IMG/VR virus record: IMGVR_UViG_3300025141_000072
Coordinates: 2,040 to 66,039 of that record
Origin: a virus
Lineage: Duplodnaviria > Caudoviricetes
Direction: 5' to 3' (one strand)
DNA length: 64,000 nt
The position numbers and the translations under genes are program-made. A model generated the notes under the pieces. That model was not told the DNA's origin. It did not search any database and saw only the letters and a program-made list of their open reading frames with translations. Each line of letters begins with the position of its first letter. Within the stretch, counting starts at the first letter, position 1. Below, one piece after another: positions 1-8,910 of this stretch.

Positions 1-2383
1 TGCCTCGAGTATTCTTGGCCGCTCGGACGACCTGAGTCGCCTGGCCGTAGAGCACCACGAGCTCTGACGCCCGCGTCACGGCCGTGTACAGCAGCGAGCG
101 GGTCAGCATGAAGCTGTGCGCCGCGTGCACTGGGAGCACCACGCACGGGAACTGCGAGCCCTGGCTCTTGTGGACCGTGATGGCGTATCCGAGCAGCAGT
201 TCCCGGACGTCCTCCTTGCCGTACGCTACCAGCCTGTCCGCGAGCTGGACCACCATGACCCGATCCGACCGCCCAGACGCGTCGATGGAGACTGGCGCGG
301 TGACCGTGTCGTCGTCACCGAAAGCGTCCCCGGTCGTCAGCCCGAGCGCGTCCAGCTCGTCGGCCATGATGCCCTTGTAGTCCGCCGCGGCGACCGTCCC
401 CATCTCGCCATTGAAGATCAGCAGGCGGTAGTTGTTCTTCACATGGATGACGCGGTCCCCGATCCGCGCCCGATACCCGCCGCCAATCCAGAGCCCGTCC
501 TGCTCGCCGCCCGGGTTCAAGCGCTCCTGCAGCGCGCGATTGAGCCTCTCGACGCCGAGTGGGCCGCTCTTCTGCGGTGCCATCACCTGGACCTCGGCGA
601 TCGGGTCGAACGCCCTCCGGCCGCGCTCAGTGTTCGACGTGGGCAGCACGTTCGCTACCGCCTTCACGATGCACGCCGCCAGCGTCTCCGGGTCGTCCTC
701 CGGGATGAACATCACGTCGCCGCCAGCTCCGAGGTCCGGGGCCTTGCCGGCGTTGATGTCGCGCGCCACGTAGGGGATGCGAGAGTCCGCCGCCGTGCGG
801 AAGATCTTGGTGAGCCGGCACACGGGCACAATTCCAGATTCGATGAGGTCGTGCAGCACACGGCCGGCTCCGATCGAGGGCAGCTGGTCGACGTCCCCGA
901 CGATGATCAGCCTCGCGTTGTTCGGGATTGCCCGGACCAGCGCGTGGAAGAGGCCCGTGTCAACCATCGACGACTCGTCCACGACCACGGCACCGAGGTC
1001 GAGCGGGCCGCCGGTGCTGTTTCCAGATTCGTCTGTGGTCACGTTGCCGTCGTCGTGGCGGAACCCCTGCCCCGGGACGTACCCCAAGAGGCGGTGAATA
1101 GTGGTCGCGTCCCGCCCCGTCTGCTCCTTCATCCGTTGCGCAGCCTTACCTGTCGGGGCGCAGAGCGCCGTCTCGATACCATTGCGCTCGAGGACTTGCA
1201 GGACGGCGTTGACCGTGAAGGTCTTGCCGACGCCTGGGCCACCGGTAGTCACCAGCACGCGGTGTTCGGCGATCGCCGCGACCGCCTCGGCCTGCTCCGG
1301 TGCTGGCGTGATGCCTTTCCAGATTTCCTCGTCGCCCGGGACGTCGAGATCGCGTGTCGTATCGGACGCCGCGCCGCCCTTCACCAGCCGCACGATGTGC
1401 TCCGCGAGGCCCTGCTCGTCGAAGTCGAGCTGCGCGCTCCACAGCCGGTCCACGTCGTCGCGCAAGTGCACGTCGGCGTTGTCCAGGCTCGGGAGCGCGT
1501 GTCGACGCACGGTCAGTGGGTCTTCGACCCAACCGAGCGCGTTGGGCCACGGCTGCTCGGCGAGCGTAAGCCCGCGCTGGATCTCGGCAGGGGTGAGCTC
1601 TACCGCCTTGCGAATGCGCCCGGCGAGTCGCGACGACTCGCTGCCGTCCAGCTCGGGCGCGGGGCTCCAGACGTGCCCCTCGTCCTCTGCCATGCGCACC
1701 GCGATCGCCGCAGCTGCTCGACAGCGGCGGTCGTCGTCTCGGGCGACGTCGAGCTTCGACCGAGCGATCTCGTCTACTCGCTTGAAGTCCAGGCCGCTGA
1801 CGCGCAACAGGATGTACGGGTCGTGCTCGATGAGCTTGCGACTCCGGCCCTCCCAGGTCTCCAGAACACGGCCTACGAGGCGCTCACCGAGGCCCAGGCC
1901 GCCAAGGAACGTGAGCGCGTCGGCCAGGCCCACCTGGTCCCGGTACGTCTCAGCGACAGCCTCAGCGCGCTCCAGGGTAATTCCATCGACGACCGTCAGC
2001 CGCTCCGGGTCGTCCTCGAGCGCGGCGAGGACCGCAGCGCGGCCGCCTAGTGCGCGCATGAGCAGCCGGGCCCTGACGCGGCCGATCTGCGGCATGCGCG
2101 CGAGGAAGGCGACCAGGTCGGCCTCTGTCCCGCCCATGACGGGCGCGGCCGACGTGGTCTTGAGCTGGACTCCGTATTCGCGGTGGTTGACCCAGTCGCC
2201 TCGGACAGCGAGCACATCGCCCGGAGTGACACGGCCCAGTTCACCGACAACGGCGAATTGACCGCTGACGGGCGCGTCGGGTGGATGGGCGCCCTCAAAC
2301 GAGGCGCGGGTCACGGTCCAGCCGCGGTCGCCGGCGTAGAGCACGCGCTCGATGCGGACATTGGTTTGCACAGATTCAGGCAC
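1..2383 (-). CDS. recD2: RecD2-like SF1B DNA helicase (3' end runs off window)
   Basis: Manual minus-strand translation from GTG 2383 (RBS AGGAGG): N-term GDWVNHREYGVQL, Walker A TGGPGVGKT (~1220-1250), VVDESSMVD, IVGDVDQLPSIGAG, GYAITVHKSQGSQF, LYTAVTRA. Missing from the ORF track because it has no stop in the window. Confidence 0.93.
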   Translation of the reverse strand, partial: MPESVQTNVRIERVLYAGDRGWTVTRASFEGAHPPDAPVSGQFAVVGELGRVTPGDVLAVRGDWVNHREYGVQLKTTSAAPVMGGTEADLVAFLARMPQIGRVRARLLMRALGGRAAVLAALEDDPERLTVVDGITLERAEAVAETYRDQVGLADALTFLGGLGLGERLVGRVLETWEGRSRKLIEHDPYILLRVSGLDFKRVDEIARSKLDVARDDDRRCRAAAAIAVRMAEDEGHVWSPAPELDGSESSRLAGRIRKAVELTPAEIQRGLTLAEQPWPNALGWVEDPLTVRRHALPSLDNADVHLRDDVDRLWSAQLDFDEQGLAEHIVRLVKGGAASDTTRDLDVPGDEEIWKGITPAPEQAEAVAAIAEHRVLVTTGGPGVGKTFTVNAVLQVLERNGIETALCAPTGKAAQRMKEQTGRDATTIHRLLGYVPGQGFRHDDGNVTTDESGNSTGGPLDLGAVVVDESSMVDTGLFHALVRAIPNNARLIIVGDVDQLPSIGAGRVLHDLIESGIVPVCRLTKIFRTAADSRIPYVARDINAGKAPDLGAGGDVMFIPEDDPETLAACIVKAVANVLPTSNTERGRRAFDPIAEVQVMAPQKSGPLGVERLNRALQERLNPGGEQDGLWIGGGYRARIGDRVIHVKNNYRLLIFNGEMGTVAAADYKGIMADELDALGLTTGDAFGDDDTVTAPVSIDASGRSDRVMVVQLADRLVAYGKEDVRELLLGYAITVHKSQGSQFPCVVLPVHAAHSFMLTRSLLYTAVTRASELVVLYGQATQVVRAAKNTRG

Positions 2384-2395
2384 GGTCGGGTCCTC

Positions 2396-2758
2396 CTACA
2401 GCAGCTCGGCTGCTGACGGTGCGGGTTCTGCGTCCGGCACGGACGCGGGTTCGGGCGTGGCCGATAGCGCCGGCTCGGGCGCGACGGTCGGTCCAAGAGG
2501 CCCCTCGGCCCCGGGGAGCGACGCCCCCGGCGAGGCGCTCGTGTGAGCGCCGAAGTACAAGGGCACCTGGCGGCCGCTCTCGGGCCACCAGCCGGGCGGG
2601 GGCGTCCACCCGCACTTGAGGGCCATGTGCCCGATCTCCATGAGCTGGGACGCCGTACGGCTGAAGACACCGTTCGACGCTTGGTCGGCCAGACTCTCCA
2701 CCGCGTCGAAGACGCTCCGTGGAATCGAGATGCTGGCGTTCATTGTCCGTTTTGCCAT
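2396..2758 (-). CDS. Small ribbon-helix-helix-like DNA-binding protein with Pro/Ala-rich tail
   Basis: ASISIPRSVFDAVESLA...SRTASQLMEIG beta-alpha-alpha pattern; RBS GGAGG; its stop overlaps the recD2 RBS. Confidence 0.5.
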   Translation of the reverse strand: MAKRTMNASISIPRSVFDAVESLADQASNGVFSRTASQLMEIGHMALKCGWTPPPGWWPESGRQVPLYFGAHTSASPGASLPGAEGPLGPTVAPEPALSATPEPASVPDAEPAPSAAELL

Positions 2759-2777
2759 TCTGCAGTCCTCCTGCGAA

Positions 2778-2808
2778 GCTCAGTAGTGGCTACTGAGCCG
2801 CTTGTCAA
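2778..2808 (-). promoter_or_regulatory. sigma70-like leftward promoter overlapped by an inverted-repeat operator
   Basis: TTGACA (2808-2803), 17 bp, TACTGA (2785-2780); inverted repeat GCTCAGTAG-TGG-CTACTGAGC 2778-2798 covers the spacer and -10. Confidence 0.55.
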
Positions 2809-2816
2809 TAGTCGAC

Positions 2817-3290
2817 ACTCAGCACTCACGGCGTGAGTACTGAGTACCAACGGGGTCACCGGTTGAGTCGAATCGATCACCACTTTTGTGTGGCAGTAGT
2901 GGTGCCAATAATAATGTGAACAACATCGCTAAGTGTCTCTACTAAGTAGTAGTAGTAGTAGTAGTAGTTTTTAGATCACCACAATCACCACAATCACCAC
3001 TGTATATGCCTCGCCAGGAAAATCGGCGAATGCCTCCTGAAAGTACTATAGTAGTTAAGTGGTGGTGATCGTGGTGATCGCGGTGATCCTAAAATTACTA
3101 GAAACGAAAAGGCGGGTGACTCTGCGCACTTGCCGATATTATTCGCAGTAATAGGATCACCAAAACAGTACTGAACTAAGTGGTGATCGGTGGTGATCGG
3201 CGTTTATAGCATCGCCAAGGGCCCGGAATCCTTCGATAAGTCCCACCGGTCAGAATTCCGGGCCCCGGGTCAGTCTAGTTCAGTACTGAA
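2817..3290. repeat. AT-rich iteron array, putative replication origin
   Basis: Ten (G/A)ATCACC(A/G)(C) units in both orientations: forward 2875, 2974, 2983, 2992, 3155; reverse 3062, 3071, 3080, 3180, 3190. Also (AGT)8 at 2945-2968; non-coding and much lower GC than flanks. Confidence 0.7.
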
Positions 3291-3311
3291 CGCCCTGCAG
3301 CGCGCCCTCCG

Positions 3312-3602
3312 CTACCTGAACGATAGCGCGTTGATTGCCTGATCGTAGGCCACGACAGCCTGTCCACGCTCCCGCAGGTACGTGATGACGTCGAGGAACT
3401 CCCCTGCCCGCATCTTGGGCGGCAACTCGTGCCATTCGATCTCGCGGCCTACCTTGCCACCTGCAGACTGCGCGGGGCTGCTGGTGATGAACACGCAGAA
3501 CTCGACGGCGTCCGTCGACCCGAAGCCCGTTGCCCCCGTCGCGATCGTGGCGGGGCCGACGACCTGCGTCGCCGGGATGGGGGGAGGCGGCATGTCGATC
3601 AT
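3312..3602 (-). CDS. hypothetical protein
   Basis: 96 aa ORF, TGATG coupling to the upstream frame. Confidence 0.6.
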   Translation of the reverse strand: MIDMPPPPIPATQVVGPATIATGATGFGSTDAVEFCVFITSSPAQSAGGKVGREIEWHELPPKMRAGEFLDVITYLRERGQAVVAYDQAINALSFR

Positions 3603-4054
3603 CAGCCGTCACCGCCCACCAGCGACTCGAGGATGCACCGCCCGAACCACTCGGCGACCACCGGACACACCGCGTCGCCTATCGCTGCGATTCGTTCCGC
3701 ACGGATGCGATCCAGCTCGCGAGGTGAGCAGCCGTGGGCAGCGACCAGTTCGGCCGAAAGCCCATCGTCCACTCGGTGAAGCGCGGGACGAGCTCGCCAC
3801 CCCAGGACGTCGCCTTGCTCCAGAGGCTCGGCGTGTTCCCCGACGGCCTCTCGAACTTGCCACCCTTGCCATGCGACCCGTTCTGCCCCGAGCCGTACGG
3901 GACGGCAGTTGGGGTCGGGTGCATCCCACGCGACCAGGAAGAACCGGTCTCTTTCGTGGTGGGCGCCGAAGGCGCGCGCAGGGATGCAGTCCCAGAGTCC
4001 CACGTACCCGAGCGCGGCCAGGTCCGAGGTAATGGTAGCGAGTCCCCTCGACAA
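3602..4054 (-). pseudogene. C-terminal half of a C5-cytosine methyltransferase alpha chain (motifs VII, VIII, X; lacks I-VI)
   Basis: SDLAALGY, GAHHERDRFFLVA, RIAAIGDAVCPVVAEWFG; no FxGxG, PCQ or ENV upstream in this frame. Confidence 0.6.
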
Positions 4055-4089
4055 CGGCCGAGGTTCGCGCGTTCTTGCGTCGAGCTCAT
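3679..4089 (-). CDS. C5-methyltransferase beta-type polypeptide (motif IX) in an alternative frame
   Basis: ATG 4089 overlaps upstream TGA; WPRSG, HPTPTA, LVPRFTEWTMGFRPNWS. Confidence 0.6.
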   Translation of the reverse strand: MSSTQERANLGRCRGDSLPLPRTWPRSGTWDSGTASLRAPSAPTTKETGSSWSRGMHPTPTAVPYGSGQNGSHGKGGKFERPSGNTPSLWSKATSWGGELVPRFTEWTMGFRPNWSLPTAAHLASWIASVRNESQR

Positions 4090-4688
4090 GCCTGCACCTG
4101 GAACACGCGCCCGGCGCCGAGGCACGCAGGGCACGTGGGGTCGTGCACGTGGCGTCCCCAGCCGCGGCCGGAGCCCTCGCACGCAGGACAGTTACACAAC
4201 CCGCCCGCGTGCTCGATGCGATCGACTAGTTGGTGCGCTCGCATGCTACGAAGCGTCGGCGTCACGATGCGCCCGATCGGACGCAGGCCGTTGCCGGCGC
4301 CGAGGAGCCGACCGCCGCGCTCGACGTGCCACGCCTTGCGCACCGGGTTCGGTCCGAACTGCGGCCACGGTACCGGGTGCGACGTCCATGAGGAGCGGTA
4401 CACCATACCGTTGACGCACTCGTCGCAGTACTTCACGTCGTCGATGCGCGTCGTGCCGAGGCAGAACGGACAGCGCGCTTGGCCGAGCAGGCCGGGCCAC
4501 GGCTCGCCTCGTCCCGCCTTGTCGAGCAGCGGCGAGTTGATGTCCACGCCGGCGACGAGCACGATGCCGGGCGTCCGGGTCGCGACACCCGACCAGGCCG
4601 AGCGTGCGGCAAGCAGCCCCCAACCCCGGTCGACCAGTGCGTGCGACAGCGCGAGTCGCGCTTCGATGTCGACTGCGTCGTCCGTCAT
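4086..4688 (-). CDS. Cys-rich zinc-finger protein (DnaJ-like CxxCxGxG repeats)
   Basis: CPFCLGT, CDECVNG, CPACEGSG, CPACLGAG; ATGA overlap at 4685-4688. Confidence 0.65.
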   Translation of the reverse strand: MTDDAVDIEARLALSHALVDRGWGLLAARSAWSGVATRTPGIVLVAGVDINSPLLDKAGRGEPWPGLLGQARCPFCLGTTRIDDVKYCDECVNGMVYRSSWTSHPVPWPQFGPNPVRKAWHVERGGRLLGAGNGLRPIGRIVTPTLRSMRAHQLVDRIEHAGGLCNCPACEGSGRGWGRHVHDPTCPACLGAGRVFQVQA

Positions 4689-4960
4689 GATGCCGGCTCC
4701 TCCTCGTGTGCGGCACGCGCTTCGTCGAGCGGCAGCGTCACCAAGGCGTCGACTGGCACGAGGACCGCGCTGGTGTATCCGTGACTCCACCGAACCCCAC
4801 ACACGATACGCGGCCCAATCTCCCCAAGCTCCTCGTCGATGTACTCAAGCGCCGACTCCACGACCGGCTCCTCCAGCTCCAGCGGCTCGACCAGGTCTTC
4901 GGTCCCACGCTGCCCCTCCATGATGAGCAGGTGCGTGTGCTCCTTCTTCATGTGTTTCAT
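4685..4960 (-). CDS. hypothetical acidic protein
   Basis: ATG 4960 after AAAGGGA; coupled to the next gene. Confidence 0.6.
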   Translation of the reverse strand: MKHMKKEHTHLLIMEGQRGTEDLVEPLELEEPVVESALEYIDEELGEIGPRIVCGVRWSHGYTSAVLVPVDALVTLPLDEARAAHEEEPAS

Positions 4961-5046
4961 CTGTTCAATTCCCTTTCTGCACGGTGCGCACGGGTGCGGA
5001 CCAGGGCACCAGGCCCCGGTCTGCACCCGTGCGCGATGTGCGGTTG

Positions 5047-6294
5047 CTATGCCAGCTGCAGCTGCACGCTGGGCGAGGGCCCGAAGGCGATGCGGATCGC
5101 CAGCTCGGGCAGTGAGGTGATGGAGCTGAGCCCGGACGAGATCAGCTCCCCAGCGACGCGACGCGCCGCCGTCAAGACACGGGGGCCACCGCGACGCTCG
5201 CGCGGGTGGTTGGCCCTACCGTTGGTGTGCCCCACGCTCTGCGTCAGCAGGTTGCTGTCGCAGGTCACGAGACAGTCAGGACGCCCGAACGCGATCGCCC
5301 CGAGCGCCCGAGCGAACTTCTTCGACGTCGGCCCCATCCCGAGCAGGTGCATGCGCGCCGGCCGCCGCGTGTGCGCGAACAGCCGGAGCTCGTCCAGCGT
5401 GGTCGCGTTCTTCGACATCGGCATCGCCCGCACGTAGTCGAAGCCGAGAATCGCGGTGGCCGCGATGTCGAACTGCGACTGCGTCATCGAGCACTCGTCG
5501 CTCTTCTGTACGCAGACGAGCACGTTGCACCCGCAGCCGTGCCAGCCCCTCACGACGTCCCTGTAGCGCTCGAGGCGCGCTAGGGTAGTCAGGGGGCACC
5601 CGACCCGGTCGGGCGCCACCAGGTGCGCCTGGGAGCCGTACACCATGCCTACGCGAGTCATCAGGTCGAGTCGCCGCGTCCACATGCCGTGGGAGATGGG
5701 ATAGACCGCCTGGGGCCCAGCCGGGCCGAAGCGCATCTCCTTGAACGCCGACGTGTCGAAGAACAGCGGCAGGCCCAGATGCCGTATCGCGTACAGCGTG
5801 TCCTCCCCGATCGTCGACACCTCCTCGGCCGCGACGCCGATCGCTTGGCCGACGCTCGCGAAGCCACGGAGGTTCGCCGGCTGGTTCGAGCCGCTCGCGA
5901 AGTACGCCGCCGGCCGGCCCGAGGCCGCGTCCCAACCGACCAGCCCCGTTGGCAACGCAGGCGTCGCCGGAGCTGCCGGAGCCGCACCGGCGAGCGCCAC
6001 GATGCCCGCGAGGCAGAGCTGGACGAGGGCCAGCCCGGCCCGCTTGAGCACACCGCCCAGCGCCGCCGGACCACCGCTGAAGCGGTCTGGCGTGAGCCCG
6101 GCCGCCGCAGCCATGATCGCCTTGGACGGGTACTTCTTGCCGCCGTGCTCGATCATGTAGCCGCCGCGACCGCCGCGCCGGGCGACCTGTGGGTTGGTGC
6201 CGTGCTTCTCGTGGAACGCGGCCGCGCCTAGCTCGTCGTACGACGCCATCGCCGCGAGTAGCCCCTCGCGGGTCACGTGCTTGAGGGAAGCCAT
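5047..6294 (-). CDS. DpdA/tRNA-guanine-transglycosylase-like protein with N-terminal McrA-like head domain
   Basis: C-part FFDTSAF (DSGAF-like), APDRVG, HLLGMG, CDSN; N-part VTREGLLAAMASYDELGAAAFHEKHG...YPSKAI...FSGG resembles the ScoMcrA-type head. Confidence 0.6.
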   Translation of the reverse strand: MASLKHVTREGLLAAMASYDELGAAAFHEKHGTNPQVARRGGRGGYMIEHGGKKYPSKAIMAAAAGLTPDRFSGGPAALGGVLKRAGLALVQLCLAGIVALAGAAPAAPATPALPTGLVGWDAASGRPAAYFASGSNQPANLRGFASVGQAIGVAAEEVSTIGEDTLYAIRHLGLPLFFDTSAFKEMRFGPAGPQAVYPISHGMWTRRLDLMTRVGMVYGSQAHLVAPDRVGCPLTTLARLERYRDVVRGWHGCGCNVLVCVQKSDECSMTQSQFDIAATAILGFDYVRAMPMSKNATTLDELRLFAHTRRPARMHLLGMGPTSKKFARALGAIAFGRPDCLVTCDSNLLTQSVGHTNGRANHPRERRGGPRVLTAARRVAGELISSGLSSITSLPELAIRIAFGPSPSVQLQLA

Positions 6295-6298
6295 GTGT

Positions 6299-6502
6299 CT
6301 AGCTAGGTGACCAGCAGAACAGCGTGATCGACAAGCAGTGGTACTCGTTGTCGCTCGACTGCGTCACGACCTTGTCGATGGTCGTCAGCTCCTGGTGCGC
6401 CTGCAGCCACGCGGTTACGTCCTCGCCGAGCCGCTCGCGATCACGCTGCATCGTCGCCGTGAACACCTTCACGACGTTGAAGTGCCGCGCCGCGGTGCTC
6501 AC
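6299..6502 (-). CDS. small conserved protein of myxobacterial type
   Basis: VKVFTATMQRDRERLGEDVTAWL...DKVVTQSSDNEYHCLSITLF; GTG 6502 with GGAG RBS. Confidence 0.7.
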   Translation of the reverse strand: MSTAARHFNVVKVFTATMQRDRERLGEDVTAWLQAHQELTTIDKVVTQSSDNEYHCLSITLFCWSPS

Positions 6503-6876
6503 GCCGATGTCTCCAGGCGCTTGATGTACGTCCGCACGAACGCGGCGACCCGCGTCACGAGGTCGTCGAGCTCGGCATCCGAGCACAGCCGGACCGTGCG
6601 GCCGTTCGGCGTGCTCAGGCTCGTGATCACGTGCGTGTCACCGGCCTTGGTCACCGTCCCGACGTTCACGCCAGTCCAGCCTCCCGACTTGCCACGGCGC
6701 GGGCGCAGGTCGAGGAACACGACTTCGTCCCCCAGCACCTCGATGGTGCGCGGGTCGTGCCCCGCTGGCTTGCGGCCCACGGCCGTGACGACCGCGCTCA
6801 GCACAGTGTCGATCGATCGGTACTTGCTGCTGTGTCTGTCGTTGTCGTGTCTGTTGTCATTCATCGTCTTCTCCAT
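6499..6876 (-). CDS. hypothetical protein
   Basis: ORF in coupled operon. Confidence 0.55.
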   Translation of the reverse strand: MEKTMNDNRHDNDRHSSKYRSIDTVLSAVVTAVGRKPAGHDPRTIEVLGDEVVFLDLRPRRGKSGGWTGVNVGTVTKAGDTHVITSLSTPNGRTVRLCSDAELDDLVTRVAAFVRTYIKRLETSA

Positions 6877-7210
6877 TCTGCGACGCGAGGTCGCTCAACT
6901 TGTCGATGTACAGCCACCCAGGACCGTTGCCCTCGGGGTCTTGGCTGCTGTCCACGATGTACGGGTCCACACGTCCCGCGTTGATGTCCGCGTGTGTTGA
7001 GCCGATCGGCGCGAGCACCAGCCGCTGCGTGAGCGCTTCGGCGCCGAAGCTGCCGTTGTCGTGCTCGAGCGTCATCACGTCGACGACCATGTACCCGATC
7101 AGCGGCTTGAGCCGCTCCTCGTGGAACTTGGCCCCGCGACGCAGCCGCTCGGCGTGCGACGTGCCGCGCGCGTTCACGCAGTTGCCGCCGCTGCCGCCAC
7201 TGCCGCCCAT
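6857..7210 (-). CDS. hypothetical protein
   Basis: ORF, TGATG coupling at 7210. Confidence 0.6.
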   Translation of the reverse strand: MGGSGGSGGNCVNARGTSHAERLRRGAKFHEERLKPLIGYMVVDVMTLEHDNGSFGAEALTQRLVLAPIGSTHADINAGRVDPYIVDSSQDPEGNGPGWLYIDKLSDLASQNGEDDE

Positions 7211-7716
7211 CAGTCGTACACCACGCGCGCGATCTTCACGGTCAGCGCGTTGCGGTCCAAGATCAGCTTGCCGCGATCACTCGGCTCTTCGCCTTGCCAC
7301 TCGATCTCACCGCTGAGGTGGTAGCCCCGCGGCGCGAGGACGTGGTGGACGATCCACTGGAGCCACTCCTCGTAGTCGTAGAACTTCTCGCCACCGTCCC
7401 AACCGATGTGCAGCCGGTCGTCCGACGGCACCCACTGGCACCACGGACCCGGTTGCCCGTGCGGTGCCGCTTCGGGCTCGAGGACCGAAGCGTCCCGCTC
7501 CTGACCGTAGACCCCGCCACCGTGGACGTAGTACGCGCCGTCTCGGCCCCAGGTCTCGAAGCCGAAGGACGAGTGGTCCGCGTCCGGCGCGGGCAGCTTC
7601 GATGTGTCGCGCGCCATGCGCCGCGTCTTCGCGAGCTTGCACAGGAACGCGTACGTCTCGTCGTCGAGCGGACGGTCCAACGTGAACTCGCCCTCGAAGT
7701 CTGTCTGGTATCCCAT
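7210..7716 (-). CDS. conserved phage protein (MGYxTxF...WDGGEKFYxYxEW type)
   Basis: MGYQTDFEGEF, QPGPWCQW, WDGGEKFYDYEEWL, IEWQGEE. Confidence 0.75.
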   Translation of the reverse strand: MGYQTDFEGEFTLDRPLDDETYAFLCKLAKTRRMARDTSKLPAPDADHSSFGFETWGRDGAYYVHGGGVYGQERDASVLEPEAAPHGQPGPWCQWVPSDDRLHIGWDGGEKFYDYEEWLQWIVHHVLAPRGYHLSGEIEWQGEEPSDRGKLILDRNALTVKIARVVYD

Positions 7717-7721
7717 CGCGG

Positions 7722-8075
7722 TTACTTCGATCCGAAGCTGAGCAGCGCCGGGTTCAGCACGCCGCCGCCTTCGTTGGCGCGCTCGCCCTCATCACCAAGC
7801 TGGGTGTCGAGGTTGTGCCACCGGCGCAGCTCCTCTCCGTGCTCCCAGACGTGCGAGAGCGTCGACACGGCCGCGCCGTACATGAACCCCGTGATGCCCT
7901 CGGTGTCCGCGGCGCGCCCGGTACGCTGCGCGCACGAGGCGAGCGTCTCGCCCGCGTCCATCGCCGCCTCCATCGCGTCTGCCCAGCGCTTTGCGTACAC
8001 GTACACGGCGCGGCCGTACGGGTCGGTGTTGTTGGCGAGTCCCCGCTCCCAACCGGCTTTGTCTTTGAACTTCAT
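7722..8075 (-). CDS. conserved phage hypothetical protein
   Basis: ATG 8075 after AAGGAG; GITGFMYGAAVSTL..WEHGEELRRWHN. Confidence 0.7.
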   Translation of the reverse strand: MKFKDKAGWERGLANNTDPYGRAVYVYAKRWADAMEAAMDAGETLASCAQRTGRAADTEGITGFMYGAAVSTLSHVWEHGEELRRWHNLDTQLGDEGERANEGGGVLNPALLSFGSK

Positions 8076-8094
8076 CGTTGTCTCCTTCTGCGGC

Positions 8095-8910
8095 CTAAGC
8101 CGCGGCGCCGTACTTCGGGTACGGCTCCGAAAAGGCTGAGAGCTTCCGCGCAACTCTGCGCTTCAGCCCCCAGCAGTAAACGTGATTACCGGGGTGTCGT
8201 TGTCGTCGGACGCTGGGTGACGCGAGCACGCGCTCCACGTACGCCCGATCTCCCTCATGCGGCGCCTTCGCAGGGCAGCCTGCATCGAGCAGCTGCGCGT
8301 ACGCGTAGCCAGCTCCGCGCTCGCCCAGTCGGATCTTCGACAGCGCCCGCTGCGAGATGACGCTGCCGTCTGGCGCGAACGTCAGCGTGCGTCGAGACCC
8401 TCGACCCCGATACACGCCGTTGGTCGCCTGGTAGATGATGCCGAGGTGCCCCGGCTTGACGATCTGCCCGTCCGAAGTGCGCCTCTCGATCGGGTCCGCG
8501 TACGAGACGACGCCGTCGATGTCCGGGCGCTCCGCACGCATACGCGCGAAGCACTGCCCGATGAACCACGACTCACCGTTGCGGCGCACGTGATCGAGCA
8601 GCACGAAGCGGCCGAGCTCCACGCCGGCCAGCGCGTCCACGCCGAGCCAGCGCGGCACCACCCGCTGCTGAGCTGGGACGCTGAACACGGCCACTCCGAC
8701 CAAGCGCGGCACCCCAAGCCGTGGCGCCTCGAACAGCCCGTACCGCAACCGAGCAGCGGGGTACGTCCCGCTGTAGTGGTGCTGCTGCACGAATGCCTTG
8801 GCGGTCGCCTCGTCAACGGGCAGCACCTCGTGGCGACCAGGCTCGAAGCGGCAGTCCACCGCGGGCCGGAACGACTCGCGCCGGTCCCGCCAGCGCTGTG
8901 TCGCCGTCAT
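8095..8910 (-). CDS. mom: Mom-family adenine-modification enzyme (GNAT fold)
   Basis: FVQQHHYSG, LVGVAVF, VELGRFVLLD, NGESWFI, VVSYADP, HLGIIYQATN. Confidence 0.85.
   Translation of the reverse strand: MTATQRWRDRRESFRPAVDCRFEPGRHEVLPVDEATAKAFVQQHHYSGTYPAARLRYGLFEAPRLGVPRLVGVAVFSVPAQQRVVPRWLGVDALAGVELGRFVLLDHVRRNGESWFIGQCFARMRAERPDIDGVVSYADPIERRTSDGQIVKPGHLGIIYQATNGVYRGRGSRRTLTFAPDGSVISQRALSKIRLGERGAGYAYAQLLDAGCPAKAPHEGDRAYVERVLASPSVRRQRHPGNHVYCWGLKRRVARKLSAFSEPYPKYGAAA

Noticed and set aside
116-2261. Long plus-strand ORFs (644 aa, 386 aa)
   Set aside because: Antisense shadows of the minus-strand recD2 gene, which carries all helicase motifs; typical of high-GC DNA
2945-3200. Possible CRISPR array or simple microsatellite
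   Set aside because: Repeats are 3-9 bp, in both orientations and without unique spacers; better explained as iterons
3280-3612. 110-aa minus ORF
   Set aside because: The overlapping 3312-3602 frame has better composition and start coupling
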